64,000 bases of DNA. Origin: Gordius albopunctatus (Eukaryota). Every line of letters begins with the position of its first letter. Within the stretch, counting starts at the first letter, position 1. The translations under genes and the position numbers were made by a program. The stretch lies in contig OZ193909.1 in assembly GCA_964276515.1 (NCBI GenBank), forward strand, positions 5,704,001 through 5,768,000, given 5' to 3'. The notes beneath the pieces are model-generated. The model saw nothing but the letters and a program-made list of their open reading frames with translations. It did no database searches and was not told where the DNA came from. Shown in pieces: positions 52,861-64,000 of the stretch.

Positions 52861-54179
52861 GTTTATTTCTTAACGGGCGGAAGATGCAGTGCTTGTATTA
52901 TGTTTAGGTTGCCATGGAAATTATCGTAATTTTGGAGTGAGATTTTTATAGTCTGTTTCATACCTTTTTATCCAACATTGTAGAGCATTAGCGCTTTGTT
53001 AATATTTTCCTGTTATAAACTTATTCAAGAGGAACTACTCTCCCAAACTGGTTCCTTAGGCAATCCTAAATAATTTTTCTTTATAGATTTCACATAATAA
53101 TATCGTCCATAGATAAGAAAGAGAATGAAATAAATTAATTAAAGTTTAAAGCCTTAAATTACAGATAGTGTTTAATATAAATTATCTTTTATGCATTTAT
53201 GTGTTCCAATTTTCATCAAGAATTTCTTAAAATTTGCGAATTAAACCTGAAACTTAAATACTACTTTTCCCTGATACCGTCTCTTTTTTCAAACTAACGC
53301 AAATTAAGGCTGTTGATTATTTATTATAACTACAAACAAGCACCCTTTGGGCCCAAAACGGGCAATACATGTTTATACAATCAAAATTGTTTAAGTGCGA
53401 ATCAATGGGCCTGAATTTTGGAAAAAATTATCATTGAACCGTTCAACATTTATCAGATTGAAATAAATTTTAATACGTTTACATAATTTTTCCCAACAAA
53501 GCTATTTTTATTTTAATAAAACCACAGAAAATTACTTTAAATATAATTAAAGATTATTATTGAGGTTTTTAAAAAAAAGATAAATGGGTCAATATCAATT
53601 AGAGATCTGCAACGGGCAATTTTTAGAAGGTCGGCCCGGGCGTACCCGTTTTGAAAACTTCAAGGCCCGTCGAGCACAACTTTTTTTAAAAAGAACTTTA
53701 CGCCCACCCAATTCGTCAATATGATAATGCAGTAAGGTTTCTTTAATACTTAAGGATAATAGTAATTTACATTTATTCGATTCGATTAATTAATTTATTA
53801 ATAGTACTAAATATGTTTTATAACAACAAAATAATAAATTTTATTTATAATTGTAAGATATTTTATGCAGTTTTTGATATCTACCCAATCCAATATTTTT
53901 TTATTTGCCTTTTTAAGATTATTTAATTTGCGAAAATTACGAATTTCTATATGATCACCACTTTACAATGTGCCTTTCAAAATGGTGGAAAAAAGGGTAC
54001 ACATTTTTTGCGTTGATGAGCAGTCTATCTAATCTAGTTTATGTATGTGAGAAATATATTATAAAATTATTCACACACCCTTAGGGTCAACCATATTAAG
54101 GTAAATGATTGCCAAATTTTAAATTTTTTTCAAAAATGTATAATATTTAAAACACTTAGAATTTTTTAAATATAAAATA

Positions 54180-54649
54180 CTAGCTGTGCCCGGCCAAGCG
54201 TTGCTTTGGCTCAGTCCAAATAAGACTTATCTAAAATGGGGTCATATATAAACCCCAATAATTTTGACCGTATACTTTAACATTTTTATTATACTTTTAA
54301 ATATATATTTCGAGAAAACTTCAGCCTTGTATGTATGACGTCATTATTGTATATGCTGCTATAAATTAAACCGGCCGGGAAATGTCCTATATTTTTAAAA
54401 CGAAAAGGTGTTTTAGGAAACTGAAAAAGCTATTTTACCCCTGGCATCCCTGGGCATCTACGGCTAAATTTTCGCACGAATCGGGCCGGTAGTTTCATAA
54501 TTTAGCTATTTTTTAAAACAAAATGTCCGATATTTTTAAAACTAAAAGAAATTTTAGGATTTTGAAAAAACTGTTTTACTCCTGGCCGCCTTGGGCATCT
54601 ACGGTTAAATTTCCGCGCAAATAGGGCCGGTAGTTTCAGAATTTAGCCC

Positions 54650-54680
<31 letters not shown>

Positions 54681-54795
54681 CATACATACATACATACATA
54701 CATACATACATACATACATACATACATACATACATACATACATACATACATACATACATACATACATACATACGACTATACTTTATATATATAGA
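54180..54795 (-). mobile_element. Non-autonomous Helitron with (TATG)n microsatellite, inserted in a GAGAC-repeat DNA element
   Basis: Minus strand A|TC...GCCAAAGCAACGCTTGGC...CTAG|T. Removal restores ATGGAATA|TATTTTATATTT, matching the intact host copy at ~31992-32011. Confidence 0.9.
54651..54773 (+). repeat. (TACA)n microsatellite, ~30 units, inside a Helitron
   Basis: Directly visible perfect tetranucleotide run. Confidence 0.97.
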
Positions 54796-54964
54796 TATTC
54801 CATAATTAAAATACACAATAATTTACTAAAATCTAACGATCAATAAAAAGTCGAGATCTCTCCGAAAAAATCTCGTCTCGACCTTGATTCCATTTTTCAA
54901 ATTCTCGTCTCGGATTTTCCCGAGATTTTTCTCGGGTTTTTCGCATCACTAATTACAAGCCACA

Positions 54965-56277
54965 TAGATGAGAATGACACGGTGGAGCTTGGGTTTATGA
55001 TGAATGACTTTCTCATGACAAAAATAGGGTTTTAAGCTATGGCGGACATGATTAAAGAAAATCGGCTAGGGTGTTATGGGCATATATTAGGAAAGGACAC
55101 GAATTACGTAAATTGAAAAGTACTGCTCATGGAGGGACCGGAGAAGAGAGGAAGAAGACGATACCGTGTCACGTGGATAAAGCAAACAAAAGAGATTCGT
55201 CAAGACATGGCACTCACTCGGTTAAGATAGAAGAAACTTATTTACAAAAATGCCACCACTGTCTGACCAAATCTTAAATATAAAAATGAAACTATGTATG
55301 TGTGTGTATGCCGCTACCAATTTATGAAAACTACCAGACCGATTTGGCTCAAAATTTCACAATTTATTCCTGACACTCGGGAGCATATTTTAAGATTTGT
55401 TTGAGCCAAATCTGTCCAGTAGTTTTTGAGTTTGTTTTATACGCTTTGACGTTTAATAAAATGTCAATCAAACGCAACCTCATGACGTACTGCGTATATA
55501 TCGTGTTCTTTGAAAATTTTAATATACAGTTCTTTAATAAAAGTCTATCACTTATAGTATTTTCTAGACCGTCATGCGTGTAGTTAGTGTAGTGATGTAG
55601 GCATGTGTTGCGGAAAATGGAAACTTTTTACGATTTGAAACATTAAATCAGTCATTTTTATGCTTATTTTTCACGTCAATTATTATTATTATAAGACGGT
55701 CGTGTCCCCTCCTGCGTGGCTAAATAAATTACAAATTCTAATTTTATCATTTTTGCGCGTTGAATAAGGATTGAAATGAAAATACCTTTAACAAAGTACC
55801 AATAAATGTTTATATATCTCAGTTCTTCGGACATTATTAAGTTCAGAATTAAAAGTTTTATTCAAAAACAAATAATTATAATTATGATATTGTTTCTTAA
55901 TTACAAAAAATTAAAAAAAATTAAAAAAAATTGCTTGAAGGGCAGGTGGCCAAAGATTTTTCCCTTGGGGGGGGGGCATGGGGCCAGGCTTTCTCTCTTG
56001 GGTGGGCCTGGGCCTTGGACCCTCTTTAACTATTTGTTTAAAAATTTTTGCATAATAAACACTTACCAATTATATTTGATATATTCTTAATCTATTATAC
56101 GGAAATAAAACAATAGAAGTAGAACATATAGACATCTAACTTAATTTTTACTTCAATAACCGCCTTATCATCATATATGCCCTAGAATTGCAACATAATA
56201 TAATACACACGGGTAAATGGCAAAACAACGTTTGCCCCGTTCATCTAGTAACTGATAAAGAAGAAGAAAAAGAAGAC
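54965..56277 (+). mobile_element. RTE-like LINE 3' fragment split by a Helitron
   Basis: Homologous to 35411-35683 (ATGGCGGACATGATTAA..GAAAATCGGCTA, CAAGACATGGCACTCAC). The tail resumes at 56249. Confidence 0.8.
55272..56248 (+). mobile_element. Non-autonomous Helitron inserted in an RTE 3' end
   Basis: 5' TC, 3' hairpin GGCAAAACAACGTTTGCC then CTAG, inserted between A and T with no TSD. Removing it restores GACCAAA|TAACTGATAAAGAAGAAG, as in the uninterrupted RTE copy at 35411-35440 (-). Confidence 0.9.
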
Positions 56278-59200
56278 TATTTGCAGATAAATACGATTGA
56301 AAAATGTTACATATACCCTTTTGTATAATACCAAATAATTAATAAGCATGATTTTTTTATTAATTAATAATAACATACATATATATCTTCAATAATAACA
56401 ATAATTATAGCATATATGTGCACTCAAATAAAATCAAGCCTTTCTAATATGGATGAATAAATTTCATCATAATCATATTGGCAATTCGATGCTGTTGATA
56501 ATGTAACTTTTAGAAACAATTATAAAATAGCTGTTTATATCATTAAATTTTAAATTATATTAGTTAAAGTTATAAAAATATTTTTCCTCTGGCGAAGGAT
56601 ACTCACTAACACATGTTTTTACCGCATTACCGCAATTCATAAATAGCCTAAAGGTATATTTTGATATAATTTGAATATATTTAAATTTTGAAACAAGTAT
56701 TTAAAAATAAAAATTACGTTTACACAAGCTAATATCTAAGTTAAAATACATTTACCGAAATTTTATAGTTTATATTACTAAGATTTGAGTTATTAATGTG
56801 TGCATGTAAATTTAATATTGTATACTAGTTGGTATCAATATTTAACAAAATTAGATTAATTCCAAGCTATGTTCAATAACAAAGGAGTTTAATAATAATC
56901 ATTCTTGTTTTCTTATAAATGATTTTTTTATATACAAAATATCAATGATTCACACCTACAAACCTTTTGCAAAAAATAATAATTTTTAACTAACACCATT
57001 TACTTATTTAAATGTAAATATATCTTAAAAATTATTAGTCCCTCTTTTTAAATTATATACACATTAGCTATCCTCTTAAAGTTGATATTTTGAACATATC
57101 AGGAATATTAAATCCAATAAATGTGATTTTGAATTAATTTTTAAACAACTATGACAATAGAAAACATCTTTTTACCATTTTTGAACAATTTTTAATAAGG
57201 TTTGTGTTATAGCCAACTTTTAATAAATTTATGTCAGGCTGAAATCTAATTTACTTAATTTTTTTTCTCAATGTCAATTAGTTTAAAGCTTATATATTAA
57301 ATGCTGGATTGCTAATTTTGTCACAAACAAATTTTCAATTACTGCTTACATTTGCATTCAAAAGTATTTTAAAGATTTGTTAAAATAAAATTAGTAGATT
57401 AGATAGAGAATGGCAGGAGATTATCATGTTAGATTACCAAAGTTAAATAAAATAATGTAATTTAAGCTTGTTATCTACTCTAATTTGAGTGAGAGCTAGG
57501 GGATACAGAAAAAGGCACCTACCCTGTTCCCCCTCTCCACCCCAATTTTAATAATTCCTATTTTAAAAATGTTTTTTTTATTAAGGAACTTATAGGATTG
57601 CTTATAAATTCTATCAAGTTTATGGTCCTAGTATCTATTGCAGTTTTCGTTTTTCTCTGGACTCTTTAGGTAGAGTTTAGTTAAAGAATTTAAGAAATTT
57701 AACATAAATTCTTGGTGGATAATTATAACGGAATACCCCAAAATTGACACTTTCTTCTCGCATAGTAGCTGTAAAAATGGAAAATTTTAATTTTTCTTTC
57801 GTTCCCCTGCCCTAAATTTGTGGTTTCTAATAGTATATAAGTAGCGTGAGGTATAAATTAATTGTCACCCGTCACGACAATGTTATAGACTAGCTGTGCT
57901 TTTAGATAGAGGTGTCACCAATTACTGTTCCGTTAGTTATACACACACACCGGGTAGTGTAACGCGTTGGTCTTGGTTGCTTTATTTTTCGTTTTAGAGT
58001 TACGTTCAGGAATGTTTGTCACATTCCTTGAAAATAATTGCCTTCTTAAAATTGCTCAAATCTTCAACAATTCATACATGGGCGTAGCCAGCATGAAATT
58101 AGAGGGGGGGGGGCAATAATAATTTAGTTTTATTTTGAATTTAAATGGCTATTCAATCACAAGATCGAGAAATTATTGAGAACGTTTAAATATTTTAAAT
58201 TAGTTAAACATTTGTGGTATCTTTTTTAATCGCTCTATCATGATCTTTTTGGCTGTTGTACTTTCATGAAATTGCTCGATTTGTCGGGGTTAGAAGTGTA
58301 ACTTAAGATTGACACTAAAAAATTAGCCTTAAATGGCTATCCGATAGCGTACCTTTATTTTTCATTTATGGCATCGTGAAAAAAGGCTTGATACAATGTA
58401 AAAAATTTGAAATTTTACAATTAAAAAGGAAGAATTATATATATGTATATTATTTGGTCATTTCGGCAGGAGCCACCTATGCTCCAGTCCAGGGTAGTGC
58501 CGTAAAAAAGGGTGTCAGAATAAACGTCAGCCCTTTTTACAGCACTAGTCCTGGGCCTTTGCCCCTATGAAGGCAATAATATTAATGTGGCTCTGCTGTC
58601 ATTGTTTCCCTTGTCCACATTTCTTCATTGCTTGCTTTGGTTGTAGTGGTAGTGTTCTCTTTCGTGCCCGTCCCCTCCTAATTCCTTCTTTTGAAGTGTG
58701 AAGCTACAATAGAAAGTCGGCGGAGCGTGAAGTAATGTTTGGTTAGTTTAAAAAGAGTATTATTTCTAAACACAAAATTACGATGGAAATTGTAAAATCC
58801 AATATCATAAATTGCATATATTTTTAGCATGTATTAGTATATACGATAAATTGGAATTAAACCTTTATTAATAAAATTTTTTACAAGTCAAGTTTTGTTT
58901 TTGTAAAAATCGCAATGACTTGAAAATTAAATTTATAATAGTCCACGAGCCCTGCAAAATGGAATTTCTTCGGCCCGGCCACTTTTTATTTCATTTTTTC
59001 GACCCGAGTCCGAATTTTTTTTACTCAGGCCCACTCGCATAAATAGAGAATTCTTTTAAAAAATGCTAGTAAAAGCGTTAGGGCGAAAGATTTCCAACCA
59101 GACGACACGCAGCCTTTTTATTCATTTAAGTATTTAATGTTATATTTTTAACGAGAATCATCAACCGATGCGTGGCCATATTAGTCTTTAAACAATTAAT

Positions 59201-60827
59201 TTTAGCACTTGTAAACTTACAGCTCAAATTTTTATTGTATTTTAATTAAAAAGTGTTTTTAGAATAAAACTTGCAAATGAAGGAGGGAGGGGGAGTGGGT
59301 ATCAGAAAAATGGTACGTGGGCTTTCTTTAATAGGGAACAAAAAAACTTTAGATAGAGATGGTTACTTTTTCCCCGAGATTAATTTCATTGATATGCAAA
59401 TACTTTGTTTTATAGCTAGAGAAACGTCTGAAGTGCGAATTGAGATTAAAAAGATTCGCTCTCATTATATAATAAATTACTCTTGCTTTGAAGCGTCGAC
59501 CCTTACTTTGCCCAATATATATCTATTCTCTTGGTTTTCGTTGACTTTCCAATCTCACCGCTAAATTTTATAGTACATAATTTATCTATAAACCGTACTA
59601 ATAGAGGCGCATGAAAATTACGATTTCTCGACGATTCAACATTTCTTGGGACTTGTCTTAATATCGGATTCAGATTCAAATCGCGGGAATTTATCTTTGC
59701 CTTAACACTAGATTCAATTTCATGGATCAAACTCGCATTTTGTTATTAATTTTTTTGCTAGTTTAAAAAGTTTATTTGATTATTATTTTACCACTTTAAT
59801 ACCTAAAAATCCTACAACATTCAAGATTACGAAAGATTTTGCATCTCACAAAATCGCTGTTATCTTATGCATCTGAAATGTAAATCAGCTGTAAATTCGA
59901 AGTTAAGGCACTAAAACATTTAATATTAAGGTTTAAGGCGGGTAAAATTTTCGTGGTACATTGTCTTATTGCCTTTCTCATTTACATCTCGGTTCAGGAG
60001 GAGAAATATATATTTTACCTCCACCTTGACCCTGGTTTGGTGAAATGTCACTATTTTAAGTTTTCGCCCCGCCAAACTTTATGAACCCTCTGTGCCGTGC
60101 CAGAGATGGAAGGATGATATGCACAGTGTTTTCACGTCAGTCATAGCGCCTCGGGAATCCGTGTTTACTTTTAAAAACCAGTCAACTTATACTCCAACAC
60201 ATGATGGATTCACCACTTTTCACCCCTCACTATAAATTCTGGAACCAACTATGGACTAATGATTTAGGGGGCAAAGTCAAATATCGTATTAAACTGAAAA
60301 TGCATTCTGCACCTATCCTTCACTTTTGCTCCACCATTTGGTGCCCATCTATCACATTAAATTAACTGCGCACGGCGGGGGGGGGCTGTTTGTGCTAGCT
60401 CAATTAACTGCCCATTAACTGTGCGCGCATAACTAGGTGGTATGTTCTTGTTATTAGCTTAGACTAGAGCTAGAAGAGTTCAAATTGTTGCCTAAAAAGC
60501 GATCGCTCATTACCCCATTTTTGCAATACAAATCTGATTAGTAAAACCGATCAGTGGTAAGCTTTTGAACGTGGCGAGCCCATAAGTTAAATAACAATCA
60601 ATTTTTATAATTGTATTGAGGCCTCCCCTGCCCGTCATGCTTAACTATAAGCTCGTCATTTCCCACAACACACCCGGTCCCATGTTTCTAATTGGCTTAC
60701 TTTGATGCTCCGTCCGCCTTCTACGGTTTATTAAGACCAAGAATTTAGTGGATTTGGCTCGGAAAGTTGATTTTCCAAAGAAATCCTGCTTACAAATCCC
60801 CCGACCTAACATATATATTTATGGATG

Positions 60828-60997
60828 CATGGGCGTAGCATTTCATTTAGAAGGTGGGGGGGGGGGCAATAATGATTTAAAGAGGAGAAAAATGATCATT
60901 TCTTGAAATTTTAGCCATAATTTCCATAAATTTAACAAATGTTTGGGTTTAGAGAAGGGCAGACGCCCCCTGCTCCCCCCCTCCAGCTATGCCCATG
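60828..60997. mobile_element. Short MITE, CATGGGCGTAGCC family
   Basis: CATGGGCGTAGC...GCTATGCCCATG with family core. TSD degenerate. Confidence 0.75.
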
Positions 60998-62293
60998 CGT
61001 GTATGACATTATTTTTTAAGTATGGTCCGGATTGCTCTTTACAATTTCAATAAATATTTAATGAGTAGAATCGTCATTATATGTATATAGAAGGGTAATG
61101 CAGGAGCGCGACACCATTTGGTCGGCTAATTAACAACTCTTTTAACAGGCCTCTCCTCTATCCTTTTAACGCCTCGGTGTGTCCACTCTCCTTAATGGAC
61201 TGCGCTAGCCGGGAGTGAATTTATGTATAATTAATTGCTGCCCCTTTCAGTACCATACGCCAACCCCTCGACTTTTGCCCCATGCAACACTCATATTTTT
61301 AGGCGTCTCTTAGGCTTTTAATGCTCGTCCCTAAGCGTGTCGTGTTACCTGTAAGGCCGTTAACCTAACGCCTTAAAACGCGACATTTAGTGACATTAAA
61401 GTGTCCCCGTACCAAATCCTCTACCCCTTAAACTTGGGTTTCGGGCAAAAATAATGTATCTTTGGCAGTTCGCGTCTCGCCACCTTATTGCATTAGCAAT
61501 CTGTGTCCGTCCATATGTCATACATAAGCATAACCGATGCAACTTTCTTAAAAAATAATTTAAAATTATATTATTTCTAAATACAGATCCTTCGCTTTAA
61601 GCAATCCTGTCAAATACAACCAACTTAAACCAAAATTTCTATAATAAATGTTTATTTGGACAGCCTACGACAGACATTTTTGGTGAAAAGTGAGCTCCTA
61701 AATTGCACACCAATTGAAAGATCTACTTATACTCGTCTTGGACCCTAGTTCTCAGACCTACTAAATAAACTGAATTCGCTTATCTCCTCCCAGTAATTTG
61801 CTACCATGAAAGTTTGCTGATAAAAAGGATTTTTTAAGCATATGCACCTTTTAGGCCCGTCTTGATACACGATTCAACTTCAAGCACCATATTTTTGTTT
61901 GTCTAAATATTCGATATACATGTCCTGGAATCAACCATTTTAGTTTAGTTACTCTATGTGAATATGCATTAATAAGCGTAATTAAAGGATAAATATTATT
62001 TGTTTTATGAGCAAAAGTTCACAAAAACAGAAAAAAATGACGCGACGCTCGTATTAACATGCATTCGTTTTAGTTGCATCTATGCAAAATCGCATGACGC
62101 GCACCCTTATATCGATATCTCCGTTGTTTTCACCTACGTATAATAGATGTCTGCTAGTGGTGGATGCTCCCTCCCGTTGACTTTATTATCGCCCGCTACT
62201 ACAATGTCCGTCCCCTCCGCTTTCGCCTTAAATTTTAATAGCCCAGGAGCGGGAGGGGGCGTTTTGCTCTTAACGACAGTATATGATGAGTTA

Positions 62294-62525
62294 GAATCTG
62301 GTTCAATTGACAAAAGTTCATTTGTAAAAATATCTAAATATCTAAACTCCCACGCATTTTAAATTTTTCAAGTGTATGATATCAAAAGCTCAATTTGTTT
62401 TATCCCAAAAAAACAAAGAACAGCAGGATGACATCTCACATGAAGGTAACTTATAATTATTAGCACTTATATTTTAGATATTTAGAGATTTTTACAAATG
62501 AACTTTTGTCAATTGAAACGATACG
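62294..62525. mobile_element. MULE/foldback-like MITE
   Basis: 45-bp inverted repeats (62302-62346 / 62473-62517, one mismatch) flanked by a 9-bp direct repeat GATGAGTTA (62285-62293, 62526-62534). Confidence 0.7.
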
Positions 62526-64000
62526 GATGAGTTATGCCTAATTTTTCTAAATTTACGAAAACCCACGTTTTTTATTTTGATCTCCCTATCGAAACTCCGT
62601 TTTTAATCACAACTTTATTTTTTGAATGCTAAGTTAAGAGGCATTCTCGCACCGGTATTCGTACGTGATGAAAGGCATATATAAATTATTGTTTTACTGC
62701 CGATATAGTTATAAAGCAAATAAAAAATAAGTTAGGTTCAACCAATTACAAAGGGTTTTTGCATTAAAAAATTTTTTTCCATTAAGGGAAAGAGCAAATT
62801 TTTTTTATAAAACATTATTTTTATGGGTAAATCATCTGTATGCATAAATTAACAAACAAATCCCGCAATTTAGTGTTGCCACATTTTCTCTAAACCCACT
62901 TAGGTAATAATATAAGAAACTTACACAAATTTATGCTAAAATATGTGTCCGCTCTTTTCGCTTTGGGATTTAAATTACTTTATGGACCCCTGGAAGTCTT
63001 AGGACCGCCGAGATTTTTAACCAATCGATACAATAATCTTCGAATCAATCAATATTAATGCATGTCGTCCCTCCTTCTAAGCGCGCGACAGCACATCATT
63101 ATAAATTCATCCTTGCCCCTTCTCTCGTCCCTATCATCTACTACCCTCTATGCTGCTATGGTGCTAAAATTATGGATTTAATGTTGCCTTAATGATGGAC
63201 ATAGTTCATGAATTGTCGTCGAATGATAATAAAATTCTCGGTGGGGATGCCTTGGTGGCGATGCGAATTAATTTTGTTGCTGTGGGCAGGTTTATAATGA
63301 ACAGCTATTTACAGGGTATATTTTTCATCAGGATATATGTTTGTTTTGTGGAGGCCGTAGCTAGCTATACTAAGGAAGGAGCGTTGTAAAAATGGGGCTG
63401 GTCTTTGTTTGGGCGACCTTTGCTTTTAGTCGAGTAAACATTAGCAGACCAATTTTCTCTCATTAATTCAAGTTGAGGGTAGTTATGCAGGAGGAGGGAG
63501 TCGGCAGATTTTTTTGAGTGAAATATTTTGGTTGTTTGATTGGATATTTTTATATGAAAATAATTATAAAATTTTGTCGAACATGCGTCTGCTATTTTTG
63601 ATGAGTCGCTTCAGTTAAGGTGTCCGAAATTATCTTATTCGCAAACCCTCGAAAGCTCTTTAATACTTTGCTGGTCACATTTCAAAAACAGCATCGGATG
63701 GTAAAGGGCGGTCCTAAGTTCCTCCAAGCTCGAAATAGCTATTTTTTGAAACTTTATTATCCAGTATTTGGCGTGGGGGAGGGGCAGCCATCTTTTACTG
63801 CCTACCCCTGGTTGCGTCGATGTATGTTGCAATCAGTTTTTCTTTAATTTAGTCGCCAAAATCTTTTATGCGAGTAAGAAAGATCACAAAAATACTTGTT
63901 TTTTTAAGCTCAAAAAACTTTTAGAGCTTGTTAAATATCTAAGAATATTTCTTCCTTGAAAATTAAAAATTTGGCGCGCTCCTAAGTGTGACCAAAAGAA

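Noticed and set aside
58575..58705. Purine-rich minus-strand stretch after a TGTAG acceptor as a coding exon
   Set aside because: All frames stop early or give no recognisable peptide, and no partner exons were found.

Overview
AT-rich, intron-containing animal (invertebrate-type) genomic DNA, not prokaryotic. Manual splicing gives four intact protein-coding genes: a NudE/NDE1-NDEL1 homologue (+, 10960-18452, 9 coding exons), Rab18 (+, 21190-23625, 7 exons), coilin (-, 26451-24041, 7 exons, convergent with Rab18) and an unusually long sFRP1/2/5-type secreted frizzled-related protein (+, 41206-45242, 4 exons). A 4.2-kb, mildly decayed Ty3/Gypsy (Mag-like) LTR retrotransposon with LTRs, PBS, PPT and a 5-bp TSD sits 265 bp upstream of the coilin ATG. 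Intergenic DNA is dense in non-autonomous elements: several hAT-type MITE families (8-bp TSDs), three microsatellite-bearing Helitrons (two with a reconstructable A|T empty site), RTE-like LINE fragments, a solo LTR nested in a piggyBac-like element, and a MULE-like foldback. The most notable observations are a Q-to-E change at the Rab18 catalytic switch-II glutamine, 35-43 nt introns with little or no polypyrimidine tract, a sharp CpG-depleted domain over Rab18/coilin, and polybasic extensions in sFRP. I found no convincing novel multi-gene system. All coordinates and counts were read by eye.
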